From an uncultured Candidatus Competibacteraceae bacterium (GTDB taxonomy: Bacteria > Bacteroidota > Bacteroidia > CAIKAF01): 64,000 nucleotides of DNA. The notes beneath the pieces were generated by a model. It did not search any database. It saw only the letters and a program-made list of their open reading frames with translations, and had not been told where the DNA came from. The number at the start of each line of letters is the position of its first letter. The first letter of the stretch is position 1. Location: the NCBI GenBank assembly GCA_964545365.1, contig CAZJFM010000003.1, positions 427 through 64,426 on the forward strand, read 5' to 3'. Made by a program: the position numbers and the translations under genes. Shown in pieces: positions 39,377-48,642 of this stretch.

Positions 39377-41694
39377 AACGTGCATACCTCTTTTCCTTAT
39401 TCTTTTTTCCTTTTTTAGGACTTCAGGCCCAAGTGGCGCCTGTGCCTACAAGCTGGGATTGCGAAACCGGATTGCCTACCGGATGGACCAGCAACATGGC
39501 CTCCGGTTCCGAATTTTACATCAGTTCTACCTGCGACTTCACTGTGCCTAATCCAAGGTCCTTTAAATTGGATTTTACCGGCCGATTCTTACAAATTGAA
39601 GTGGGTGCCCAACCCGGTCCGGTGGCTTATGAAATAGGCGGTCAAACCGGTTCTGCGCCCTACTGGAATGGAACCTTTGTTGTGCAGGAGTCGGTGAACG
39701 GTGCTTCTTGGAACACCATTAAAACCTATACCGGTGCGCAAGCCATTCCCGACCAGTCCGACAACCAGATTTGCATGCAGGATACGGCATTTCCTACCGA
39801 CCCCAATGCCCGGTTTATCCGCTTCTTTTTTCAAGACAAGCAAAGCGGAAACTCCTCATCCGGTGGTGGAAACGTGAAGTTGGACAATATTTCTGTGCTT
39901 CAGCCTCCTTTTACCAGCCAAAAATTAGAGCTGACTCAAGGCAGTGATGTTATGTTCAACAACGGCAACAGCAATCCGGTGGGCACTGCCGTAGGCAGCC
40001 CAGCCAGTTTCAACCTCGGTATGGCTAATATAGCACTGGCCGGCGGTTTGAATATTGATTCCGTGGTGCTTTCAGGACCCAATTCCGGCGACTTTAATAT
40101 CACAGGACCGGCCTTGCCTACCAATATTGCTCCCGGCAACAGCCTTACCCTTCAAATGACCTTTACTCCTGCCGCTGCTGGAAGCCGCGAAGCCTTGATG
40201 ACTATTTACAGCAACGACCATACCGTAGATTCTGTCTTTACTTTGCGCTTGTACGGAATCGGCGGAAACCTTGCCTCAGACCCTACCTTTGCTGTTTCTA
40301 ACCTCAGCATTACCAACCTAAAGACCTTTAGGTACCACCTCAACATGAACCTGCCCCAACAAGGCCCCGATGCCTACGGCGGTTACCTTATTCTTCGTTC
40401 CGAAGGACAAGCCATTAGCGCCCAACCCGTCGACGGCCAAACTTATCAACGGGGTATGACCATTGGAAACGCCAAGGTGATTTATGTGGGCCGACCTTCA
40501 GGAAATAGCTTAAGCTTTATTCCCAACTGGATCATGGCCAACACTAATTATGAGTTTGCCGTTTACAGCTACAATGGTTTGGGCACCTTTACCAACTATG
40601 CCGCAACTGCGGTCACGGCCTCCACTACCACCCCCCAAACCATGTTGGATCCCACCTACTACAGTGGCGTGTCCGAGACCAACTCCAGCTTTGTGGGCGA
40701 CTTACACAATGTGGTAAACCCACACACCGCCATTTTTTACAGCGATTATATCGAAACCATGGTGAGCGGCTTTCAAATTCGGGACACTTTTGTGGTAAGC
40801 GGTCAAATTATAAACGACAGAGTGTTGGATTGCCCCTACAGTGGCGCGCCTATCCTTTTCCAAGAGCCTTATCAGTTCGGATCCACGGGCACCAGCCGCG
40901 AGCACACCTTTAGCCACTCTTGGATGCCTACGTTTAATGCCAGCAGCCCGGAGCGTCCGGAATACAGCGACCAGCACAATTTGTATCCCGTGTTTCAAAA
41001 CATCAACGAGATTCGCTGCAACTACCCCTTTGGGGAAGTGGAAACGCCCATTTTGCAAAGCGGCTTGGGCACTTTGGGCTTGAACGCCCTCGGAAACCGA
41101 GTTTTTGAACCCACCGAAGGCCACAAAGGACGCGTAGCCCGTGCCCTCATGTACATGACCATTTGCTACAACAGTGTGAACGGCAACGGATGGAACCTCA
41201 ACGCCCCCATCGGCGAAAACTGCAACGGCAACCCAATCAACTACCCACAAGACCAACAGCTTTTGCTCGATTGGCACTTCAATCACCCTCCCAACAATTT
41301 CGATGTCGCTCGCAACGACTTTTTAGACAGCTTGCAAGGCAACCGTAATCCATTTGTGGATAATCCCGATTGGCCTTGTTACATCGATTTTACCACCATG
41401 ACCTGGATTGCCAATCCTACCATTCCTTGCGCTACCGTGGGCTTGGATGCACAAAACCCACTTCAAGCTAAGGTCTGGCCCATCCCTGCCCATCAAGTGC
41501 TGAATTGGAGCATTCCCGGCAATGGAAGCAGCTTCCAACTTTCGGCTACCGACATAGCAGGTCGCGAAGTAATGCGCACCGAGCTGCAAGGCACCGAAGG
41601 TCAACTTGATTTAGGAAGCTGGTCCACAGGAATGTACATTCTCCGCATCGAAAAGGATGGCCTCGAATCTACCTTTAAAGTGTTGCATCCTTAA
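39373..41694 (+). CDS. secreted multi-domain nuclease: endonuclease I family domain with T9SS C-terminal sorting domain
   Basis: Signal MKRAYLFSLFFFPFLGLQAQ. Endonuclease-I-like catalytic region (SREHTFSHSWMP, RVARALMYM, LLLDWHFNHPPNNFDVARNDF, GNRNPFVDNPDW). T9SS CTD at the end (LSATDIAGREVMRTELQ...GMYILRIEKDGLESTFKVL). Start set at in-frame ATG 39373. Confidence 0.65.
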   Translation: MKRAYLFSLFFFPFLGLQAQVAPVPTSWDCETGLPTGWTSNMASGSEFYISSTCDFTVPNPRSFKLDFTGRFLQIEVGAQPGPVAYEIGGQTGSAPYWNGTFVVQESVNGASWNTIKTYTGAQAIPDQSDNQICMQDTAFPTDPNARFIRFFFQDKQSGNSSSGGGNVKLDNISVLQPPFTSQKLELTQGSDVMFNNGNSNPVGTAVGSPASFNLGMANIALAGGLNIDSVVLSGPNSGDFNITGPALPTNIAPGNSLTLQMTFTPAAAGSREALMTIYSNDHTVDSVFTLRLYGIGGNLASDPTFAVSNLSITNLKTFRYHLNMNLPQQGPDAYGGYLILRSEGQAISAQPVDGQTYQRGMTIGNAKVIYVGRPSGNSLSFIPNWIMANTNYEFAVYSYNGLGTFTNYAATAVTASTTTPQTMLDPTYYSGVSETNSSFVGDLHNVVNPHTAIFYSDYIETMVSGFQIRDTFVVSGQIINDRVLDCPYSGAPILFQEPYQFGSTGTSREHTFSHSWMPTFNASSPERPEYSDQHNLYPVFQNINEIRCNYPFGEVETPILQSGLGTLGLNALGNRVFEPTEGHKGRVARALMYMTICYNSVNGNGWNLNAPIGENCNGNPINYPQDQQLLLDWHFNHPPNNFDVARNDFLDSLQGNRNPFVDNPDWPCYIDFTTMTWIANPTIPCATVGLDAQNPLQAKVWPIPAHQVLNWSIPGNGSSFQLSATDIAGREVMRTELQGTEGQLDLGSWSTGMYILRIEKDGLESTFKVLHP

Positions 41695-41715
41695 ATAGGC
41701 CAAACATCATACATA

Positions 41716-41747
41716 AAGCCGATTCTTTTGGGAATCGGCTTTTTTTG
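41716..41747 (+). terminator. rho-independent terminator after the nuclease gene
   Basis: AAGCCGATTC-TTTTGG-GAATCGGCTT, a perfect 10-bp stem, followed by TTTTTT. Confidence 0.75.
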
Positions 41748-41900
41748 TGGGCCCTGCAAAGCACCGGGCCCTCCCTCCAAGCCCCGTTGCCAAAACCTCA
41801 TGCATGCAAAGGCTCATGGGGCGTTTGCTGCGCGCCACGCCCACAAGCCTGCATGCATGGGCTTTGGCTGCCGGGGGCTTTCCGTACCGGTCCCTGGGCC
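41745..41900. repeat. ~150-bp palindromic intergenic element, copy 1 (inverted partner at 51318-51475)
   Basis: Near-identical (about 6 mismatches) to the reverse complement of 51321-51470. It is internally palindromic around catgcatgca...tgcatgcatg. Six-frame ORFs 41707..41973, 41728..41967 and the 5' part of 41747..42370 are artefacts of this repeat. Confidence 0.9.
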
Positions 41901-41953
41901 TTGGTTTAAACATTTTGTTTTGTTTTTCTTTATACTCCAAAATATTCCAAACT

Positions 41954-42370
41954 ATGAGCCGTATTGATTCCAACCGTGCGCCCGAACCCGTTGGCGCTTA
42001 TCCTCATGCCCGCAAAGCAGGAGATTTTATTTATTACAGTGGAATGGGGCCCCGAAGCCGCGGCACCAAAGAAATTCCCGGAGTGGAGCTCGACGCCCAT
42101 GGCAATATCCTGAGCTACGATATCGAAACCCAGTGCCGATCGGTATTCAATAACCTTAAAATGGTGGTGGAAGAGTCGGGTGCCTCTTGGAGTGATTTGG
42201 TAGATATTACCGTGTTTTTAACCAATATGAAGGCAGATTTTGCTACCTACAACCGGGTGTATGCTGAATATTTCGCCGAACATCAGCCCTGCCGAACCAC
42301 GCTCGAAATTTGTAGCCTGCCTACACCTATTGCTATAGAGGTAAAGGCCATTGCCTATGTAGGCAAATAA
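41954..42370 (+). CDS. ridA: RidA/YjgF/TdcF (endoribonuclease L-PSP) family reactive-intermediate deaminase
   Basis: 138 aa from ATG 41954. YjgF-like fold motifs (APEPVGAYPHARKAGDFIYYSG...PCRTTLEICSLPTPIAIEVKAIAYV). Confidence 0.85.
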   Translation: MSRIDSNRAPEPVGAYPHARKAGDFIYYSGMGPRSRGTKEIPGVELDAHGNILSYDIETQCRSVFNNLKMVVEESGASWSDLVDITVFLTNMKADFATYNRVYAEYFAEHQPCRTTLEICSLPTPIAIEVKAIAYVGK

Positions 42371-42425
42371 GCCTTAGCCGCTTCTTTTGGTTATCTTTGC
42401 CAGCCCAATTGCAAAGCATGGAGTC

Positions 42426-45400
42426 ATGAGCAAAGCGTATCCCGAATACAAGGAGCTGAACTTAGCCGAAAGACAAGCCGAAATCCAACAGGATTGGAAG
42501 GAAAAGAAAACCTTTGCGCAAAGCATTCGTGGAAGCGATAGCCCCAGCTTTACGTTTTTTGAGGGCCCCCCTTCCGCCAACGGCATGCCGGGTATCCACC
42601 ATGTGCTCTCACGAGCTATTAAAGACTCCATTTGCCGCTACAAAAGCTTGCAAGGATTCCGCGTGGAACGCAAAGCCGGTTGGGATACCCACGGCCTTCC
42701 GGTTGAATTGCAGGTGGAAAAAGAATTGGGGATTACCAAAGAAGATATTGGAAAGTCCATAAGCATCGAAGCTTACAATGCGGCTTGCCGTAAGTCGGTT
42801 ATGAAATTTACCGACAGTTGGCAAGAGCTCACCGAACTCATGGGCTATTGGGTAGACATGGACAACCCCTACGTTACCTACCAAACCAAATACATGGAAA
42901 CGGTATGGTGGATTCTTAAGCAATTTTACGACCAAGGCCTCATTTATAAAGGCTATACCATTCAACCTTTTAGTCCGGCGGCAGGAACCGGATTGTCCAG
43001 CCACGAGCTCAATCAACCGGGTACTTACAAAATGGTAAGCGACACCACCATTGTTGCTCAGTTTTTGTTTGAACCGGGGCAAAGCGTTGCCGGCGAGTCC
43101 CTCCCCGAAACTACCTTTGGCTTAGCCTGGACCACTACTCCTTGGACCCTGCCTTCCAATACAGCGCTTGGTGTGGGGCCCAACATCGATTACGTTTTGG
43201 TAAAAACCCTTAATCCTTACACAAGAGAAGCCCAATACGTTATTTTGGCAGAGGCAAGACTGCAAGCCTATTTTGATGCCGATTGGAAACAGGCCTGGGA
43301 CAAAGCCGAAGACAAATCCAGAAAAGTTCCTTGGGAAGTGCTTCGAAGCTTTAAGGGAAAAGAGCTGCAAGGATTGCGGTACCGGCAATTGATGCCTTAT
43401 GCCCAACCTGAAGAAGGTAAGGCCTTTCAGGTAATTTCCGGCGATTTTGTAACTACCGAAGACGGCACCGGCATGGTGCATTTAGCTCCCAGTTTTGGTG
43501 CAGACGACTTTAAAACAGCCAAAGAACACGGCATTGGCTCTCTTACTCTCGTGGATCGCAGAGGGCGTTTTACCCAAGAGGTAAGCGATTTTGCCGGGGA
43601 GTATGTGAAAGAAGCCTACCTCACAGAGGAAGAAAAAACCGAAGGCTACGAGTCTGTAGATGTCCGTATTGCCGTAAAACTTAAGCAAGAAGGCAAAGCC
43701 TTTAAGATTGAAAAATACGAGCATACCTATCCGCACTGTTGGCGAACCGACAAACCCGTATTGTATTATCCACTAGACTCTTGGTTTGTTCGTACTACCG
43801 CCATGAAAGAGCGGCTGCTGGAACTAAACAAAGAAATCAACTGGCGCCCGCCCTCCACAGGAACCGGAAGGTTTGGGCAATGGCTGGAGAACCTTCAGGA
43901 TTGGAACCTAAGCCGCTCTAGATATTGGGGCATACCTTTGCCTATTTGGCGCACCAAAGACGGTAAAGAAGAACGGTGTATAGGGTCGGTAAGCGAACTC
44001 CTGGAGGCTATCGAAGACTCCGTACGGGCCGGAATAATGCATAAAAACCCCTATGGCGACCTTAAGCACGATCCGGACTATGCCTCCATTGACCTACATC
44101 GCCCATTTGTGGATGAGGTGGTGCTTGTTTCTCCTACCGGTCAAGCCATGTACCGCGAACTTGACTTGATAGATGTTTGGTTCGATTCCGGTTCCATGCC
44201 TTTTGCTCAATGGCACTACCCCTTCGAGAACAAAGAAAAAATTGAGCAAGGCTCCGCTTTTCCTGCTGATTTTATTGCTGAGGGAGTGGATCAAACACGC
44301 GGTTGGTTTTTTACCCTGCACGTTATAGCTGCCGGTATTATGGATTCGGTGGCTTATAAGTCGGTCATTTCTAATGGTTTGGTGCTCGATAAGCATGGGC
44401 AAAAGATGTCCAAACGCTTAGGGAATGCTGTCGATCCTTTCATGACCATGCAAAAATTTGGCGCTGATGCCACTCGGTGGTACATGCTTACCAATGCAGC
44501 TCCTTGGGATAACCTAAAGTTTGACGAGCAAGGCATAGAAGAAGTGCGCCGCAGGTTTTTTGGCACTTTATATAATACCTACGCCTTTTTTGCTTTGTAT
44601 GCCAACCTGGACGGCTGGTCAAAAAGCACCCCCGAGTTGCCCAAGGTACCTGCCCAACTCGATGCTTGGATTTTGTCTCGATTGGAGGGCCTAAAGCAGG
44701 AAGTCACTCACGCTTACGAGGCCTATGACTTAACTTTAGCCGGCCGCTTAATTCAAGATTTTGTTACGGAATCTTTATCAAACTGGTACGTGCGTCTTTC
44801 CAGAAAGAGGTTTTGGGTAGGCAGCATGACTGAGGACAAAGACGCGGCATTCAGCACCTTGCATTGGTGCTTGGACACGGTGGCACGCCTTATGGCCCCT
44901 TTGGCTCCTTTTTATGCCGATCGGTTGTATAGAGATTTAAGACCGGGAAGTACTTCTGTGCATTTGTCCCATTGGCCGGAAACCGGCTTGACGAAAAGGG
45001 ATGAACCCCTGGAGGCCGCTATGGACTTGGCCCAACGGGCCACATCCTTGGTATTGTCTCTGCGCAAAAAGCAAAGGATTCGAGTGCGTCAGCCCTTACG
45101 AAAGGTTTTGGTGCCGGTTATGGATGCTAGTCAAAAAGAGCTTTTAGAGAAGGTTAGTCACTTGTTCTTGAACGAAGTAAATGTGAAGCAACTTGAGTTT
45201 TTGACCGATATTGGAGAGCTTTTGGTACTTAAAGCCAAGCCCGACTTTAAAAAGCTTGGACCTCGTTTTGGTGCCGATATGAAATTGGTGAACCAACGCA
45301 TTCAAAGTCTTTCACAAAGCCAAATTCAAGAGTTAAGAACAAAAGGGACCTTGACTCTAGCATTGGATGAAAAAAGAATGGAGTCCATAAGCCTGGAGGA

Positions 45401-45764
45401 GGTTGAAGTGGTGTCGGAGGATGTGCCCGGATGGCAGGTAGCTGTGGACGGCGAGCTTACTGTGGCTTTAGATATTGCTTTTGACCAGGAACTTAAGGCG
45501 GAAGGTACGGCCCGGGATTTTGTGAATAGGGTGCAAAACCTTAGAAAAGATTTAGGGCTGGAAGTGGGGCAACGGATTTGTATTTATGTACAGGCAGCAC
45601 AACAAGTACAGGAGGCTTTGCGTTCGAATAAAGCGTATATTTGCGCTGAAGTTTTAGCAGCAGAACTTTACGATTGTGCCAACGAGGATTCAAGGTCCGG
45701 GGTGCATACCTTGGAATTAGAAGATGACCTCACGGCAGATGTTCAAATAGAACCCATACTCTAA
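42426..45764 (+). CDS. ileS: isoleucine--tRNA ligase (long, type 2 / Bacteroidetes form)
   Basis: HIGH region PPSANGMPGIHHV. KMSKS as KMSKRLGN. Editing CP1 domain and C-terminal extension. ~1112 aa from ATG 42426. Confidence 0.95.
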   Translation: MSKAYPEYKELNLAERQAEIQQDWKEKKTFAQSIRGSDSPSFTFFEGPPSANGMPGIHHVLSRAIKDSICRYKSLQGFRVERKAGWDTHGLPVELQVEKELGITKEDIGKSISIEAYNAACRKSVMKFTDSWQELTELMGYWVDMDNPYVTYQTKYMETVWWILKQFYDQGLIYKGYTIQPFSPAAGTGLSSHELNQPGTYKMVSDTTIVAQFLFEPGQSVAGESLPETTFGLAWTTTPWTLPSNTALGVGPNIDYVLVKTLNPYTREAQYVILAEARLQAYFDADWKQAWDKAEDKSRKVPWEVLRSFKGKELQGLRYRQLMPYAQPEEGKAFQVISGDFVTTEDGTGMVHLAPSFGADDFKTAKEHGIGSLTLVDRRGRFTQEVSDFAGEYVKEAYLTEEEKTEGYESVDVRIAVKLKQEGKAFKIEKYEHTYPHCWRTDKPVLYYPLDSWFVRTTAMKERLLELNKEINWRPPSTGTGRFGQWLENLQDWNLSRSRYWGIPLPIWRTKDGKEERCIGSVSELLEAIEDSVRAGIMHKNPYGDLKHDPDYASIDLHRPFVDEVVLVSPTGQAMYRELDLIDVWFDSGSMPFAQWHYPFENKEKIEQGSAFPADFIAEGVDQTRGWFFTLHVIAAGIMDSVAYKSVISNGLVLDKHGQKMSKRLGNAVDPFMTMQKFGADATRWYMLTNAAPWDNLKFDEQGIEEVRRRFFGTLYNTYAFFALYANLDGWSKSTPELPKVPAQLDAWILSRLEGLKQEVTHAYEAYDLTLAGRLIQDFVTESLSNWYVRLSRKRFWVGSMTEDKDAAFSTLHWCLDTVARLMAPLAPFYADRLYRDLRPGSTSVHLSHWPETGLTKRDEPLEAAMDLAQRATSLVLSLRKKQRIRVRQPLRKVLVPVMDASQKELLEKVSHLFLNEVNVKQLEFLTDIGELLVLKAKPDFKKLGPRFGADMKLVNQRIQSLSQSQIQELRTKGTLTLALDEKRMESISLEEVEVVSEDVPGWQVAVDGELTVALDIAFDQELKAEGTARDFVNRVQNLRKDLGLEVGQRICIYVQAAQQVQEALRSNKAYICAEVLAAELYDCANEDSRSGVHTLELEDDLTADVQIEPIL

Positions 45765-45774
45765 ACATACATCT

Positions 45775-46164
45775 ATGGCAGGTGAAATAGTAAAATACTC
45801 CGACGAAGAATTAGAAGAGTTCAAAGAACTTATTCAAACAAAACTGGAGCGAGCTAAAAAAGAACTAGAGCTACTTATCGATGCTTTTTCCCATAAAGAT
45901 GGAAACAGCACCGACGACACTTCTCCCACCTTTAAGCTAATGGAAGATGGCGCAGAGGTGTCTTCCAAAGAGGAGATTGGACAGCTTGCCGCGCGTCAAA
46001 AGAAGTTTATTCAAAATTTGGAGAATGCCCTTTTGCGCATTAAAAACGGAACCTACGGCATTTGTAGGGTAACCGGTAAACTAATTCCAAAAGAAAGGCT
46101 CCGCGCGGTTCCCCACGCCACCCTAAGCATGGAAGCAAAAACCTCCCAAAACCGCAAGGATTGA
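45775..46164 (+). CDS. DksA/TraR-family-like protein (degenerate zinc finger)
   Basis: 129 aa with a coiled-coil N-terminal half and a C-terminal YGICRVTGKLIPKERLRAVPHA resembling the DksA/TraR C-terminal region, but with only one Cys. It sits in the conserved position between ileS and lspA. Confidence 0.55.
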   Translation: MAGEIVKYSDEELEEFKELIQTKLERAKKELELLIDAFSHKDGNSTDDTSPTFKLMEDGAEVSSKEEIGQLAARQKKFIQNLENALLRIKNGTYGICRVTGKLIPKERLRAVPHATLSMEAKTSQNRKD

Positions 46165-46748
46165 GAGCACTCAGGTTTCCTTTATTGTTGATCTTTGTTG
46201 TATTGGTTTTTGATCAGTGGACCAAAATCCACATCAAAACCCATTTTGAGTTACAGGAAAGTGCCCCTTTAATCCCAGGACTTATAGAGCTGTTTTTTAT
46301 TGAAAACAACGGAATGGCCTGGGGTTTTGAGCTAGGAGGGGCCACAGGAAAACTGTTTCTAAGCATCTTTAGAATCATAGCCGTAAGCCTTATTGGCTAC
46401 TTGTTGTTTGATCTGGTGCGCAAAAAGAAGAACCGCTGGTTGGTCATTAGCTTATCCCTCATTTTTGCAGGAGCTTTAGGGAATATCCTTGATTCTATGT
46501 TTTATGGAATCATTTTCAGTGAAAGTCATGCGTTTCAATTGGCCGAAGCCTTTCCTTCGGAAGGGGGCTATGCTCCTTTTCTTCAAGGAAAAGTAGTGGA
46601 TATGTTGCACTTTACGGTACATTGGCCGGATTGGGTTCCCTATCTAGGTGGTGAACCCATCTTTAGGCCTATTTTTAATTTTGCAGATGCCGCCATAACC
46701 ATTGGCGTCTCTATCTTGGTGATTCTGTCTATCCGCAAAAAGATTTGA
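46161..46748 (+). CDS. lspA: lipoprotein signal peptidase II
   Basis: Four TM helices. Conserved FNFADAAITIG motif containing the catalytic Asp. ATGA overlap with the upstream gene, in classic ileS-lspA synteny. Confidence 0.92.
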   Translation: MRALRFPLLLIFVVLVFDQWTKIHIKTHFELQESAPLIPGLIELFFIENNGMAWGFELGGATGKLFLSIFRIIAVSLIGYLLFDLVRKKKNRWLVISLSLIFAGALGNILDSMFYGIIFSESHAFQLAEAFPSEGGYAPFLQGKVVDMLHFTVHWPDWVPYLGGEPIFRPIFNFADAAITIGVSILVILSIRKKI

Positions 46749-46851
46749 ACGCCTCCCCCCGGTGCAAATCTTTAACTCCTTTCAACGTTAGCAGCAAAAG
46801 CACTTTTTTACTTTGCAAAGAATAAGTAATTTGCTAAGATAAATTCAGACT

Positions 46852-48087
46852 ATGAAATCCATTGTTTGTTTGGCCTTTTGTTGCTTATTGGGTTTGGCAT
46901 TAAACGCCCAACAAGTAGGCATTAATACTTCCAATCCGGACCCATCCGCCGTTTTAGATGTCTTTTCTTCCGACAAAGGCTTGCTTTTTCCACGCTTAAC
47001 TACTGCGCAACGGAACAACATCAACAACCCGGCACATGGTCTTACCATTTACAATACCACCAGCCAGTGTATGGAAACCTATTTTCCAACTGGATGGTCG
47101 CAAATGGCATGTGCTTGCCAAACTTTTCCCTCGGCAAGCTATACCGCAAGTCCGGCCAACCCCTCTACTGCCCAGCCTGTAGTTTTCTCCCCGGCAACCA
47201 CAGGCGCAAGTTATGCCTGGCAGTTTCAGTCTGGTACGCCCGCCAGCTCCAACGCACAAAACCCATCGGTAACTTGGTCAAATACAGGTACGTTTCAGGT
47301 TATTTTAACCATCACCGATGCCAACGGATGCAGTACCATAGATACCACCAGCATTACGGTAAGTCAGTGTGCGCCTAGTGGTTCTCAAACCTTTAATTAT
47401 ACAGGGTCTGCCCAAAGTTGGACGGTGCCTGCCTGCGTAACCAGCATACAAGTAGATGCATACGGTGCCCAAGGTGGTTCGGGGAATTCCGGCGGTGCCG
47501 GTGGCCTCGGCGGCAGAGTACAAGCCACCCTAACGGTTACTCCCGGTGAGGTGTTGCAAATAAATATTGGAGGTGCCGGCGCCAGTCCCGCAGCAGGATG
47601 GAATGGGGGAGGTGCCGGTGTTGGTACAGGCGCCGGTGGTGGTGGAGCAACAGACATCCGCAGAAATGGTACCGCGCTTAGCGACCGCATTTTGGTTGCC
47701 GGTGGCGGAGGCGGTGGTGCTCAGGGCGCCGGAGGTGCCGGCGGTGGTTTAACGGGTGGTCAAGGCTCTACTAACGGAAATGGCGTTTGGGCTCAAGGAG
47801 GTACCCAAAGCTCCGGTGGCGCCGGAGGAATGTACAATAATGGAGGCTGCTCTCCCGGTCAAGCTTTTGCCCCCTCCGGAGTATTTGGTATTGGAGGAAA
47901 TGGATTGTCGAATTCGGCATGTTGCTGCTACGGAACCGGTGGCGGAGGCGGCTGGTATGGCGGCGGCGGTATGCAAATCAACGGCGCCGGAGGAGGTTCC
48001 AGTTATGTTACAAGCAGCGGCTCTAGCAATGTCTCCCACAGCCAAGGCGTTCGATTCGGAAACGGAACCCTAAGCATCAGCTGGTAA
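46852..48087 (+). CDS. secreted PKD-domain protein with a long glycine-rich C-terminal region
   Basis: Signal peptide. PKD-like segment (VTWSNTGTFQVILTITDANGCST). ~250 aa of Gly-rich repeats (GGSGNSGGAGGLGG..., GGGGGGAQGAGGAGGGLTGG...). No T9SS CTD is evident. Confidence 0.6.
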   Translation: MKSIVCLAFCCLLGLALNAQQVGINTSNPDPSAVLDVFSSDKGLLFPRLTTAQRNNINNPAHGLTIYNTTSQCMETYFPTGWSQMACACQTFPSASYTASPANPSTAQPVVFSPATTGASYAWQFQSGTPASSNAQNPSVTWSNTGTFQVILTITDANGCSTIDTTSITVSQCAPSGSQTFNYTGSAQSWTVPACVTSIQVDAYGAQGGSGNSGGAGGLGGRVQATLTVTPGEVLQINIGGAGASPAAGWNGGGAGVGTGAGGGGATDIRRNGTALSDRILVAGGGGGGAQGAGGAGGGLTGGQGSTNGNGVWAQGGTQSSGGAGGMYNNGGCSPGQAFAPSGVFGIGGNGLSNSACCCYGTGGGGGWYGGGGMQINGAGGGSSYVTSSGSSNVSHSQGVRFGNGTLSISW

Positions 48088-48129
48088 ACCCTAAGCTTTT
48101 TTGTATCTTTACCCTTAAGGAAAACTATT

Positions 48130-48621
48130 ATGGCAGGCAGCGTAAACAAAGCAATACTTATTGGTAATTTGGGCAAAGATCCTGAAACCAAAACTTTTGG
48201 GGACGGCACCCAGGTGTGTCGATTCCCCCTGGCTACCAGCGAAACCTATAAGAATAGAGAAGGCGCTCAAATAGAACAAACCGAATGGCACAATGTGGTG
48301 TTGTGGCGGCGTCTGGCCGAAATTGCAGGACAATACTTGCGGAAAGGCTCAAAGGTATACATCGAAGGTCGTATCAAAACCCGAAGCTGGGACGATGACC
48401 AAGGCCAAAAAAGGTATATAACTGAAATTGAAGCCGACCAAATGACCATGTTGGATTCCAAAAGAGATGGAAATGAGCAAGGCACTTATGCACAGGCGCA
48501 AGAGCAAACAGCAGCAGTACGCCCAAGCTCGAATGAAACCGCCTCTGCTCACGAACCTATTCAAGCCAATACGCCTCCAACTCCGCCTTCCGGGGACGGA
48601 ACAGATGATTTACCTTTTTAA
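48130..48621 (+). CDS. ssb: single-stranded DNA-binding protein
   Basis: OB-fold N-terminus (VNKAILIGNLGKDPETK...WHNVVLWRRLAE). Disordered Gly/Gln-poor tail ending in the acidic tip DDLPF. Confidence 0.95.
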   Translation: MAGSVNKAILIGNLGKDPETKTFGDGTQVCRFPLATSETYKNREGAQIEQTEWHNVVLWRRLAEIAGQYLRKGSKVYIEGRIKTRSWDDDQGQKRYITEIEADQMTMLDSKRDGNEQGTYAQAQEQTAAVRPSSNETASAHEPIQANTPPTPPSGDGTDDLPF

Positions 48622-48642
48622 GTTAAACTAAGCGCCTCATCT

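Noticed and set aside
41707-41973. ORFs 41707..41973(-), 41728..41967(+), 51221..51556(+), 51294..51479(-) and 63599..63898(-)
   Set aside because: All lie inside copies of the ~150-bp palindromic element. The two loci give near-identical peptides (…RPRDRYGKPPAAK[A/S]HACRLVGVARSKRP…) only because the DNA repeat is duplicated.
47067-48073. ORFs on both strands within the Gly-rich gene (e.g. 47397..47690 Pro/Ala-rich, 47749..48045 Ala-rich)
   Set aside because: They are frame-shifted or complementary readings of the GGN-repeat DNA, which is a classic artefact.
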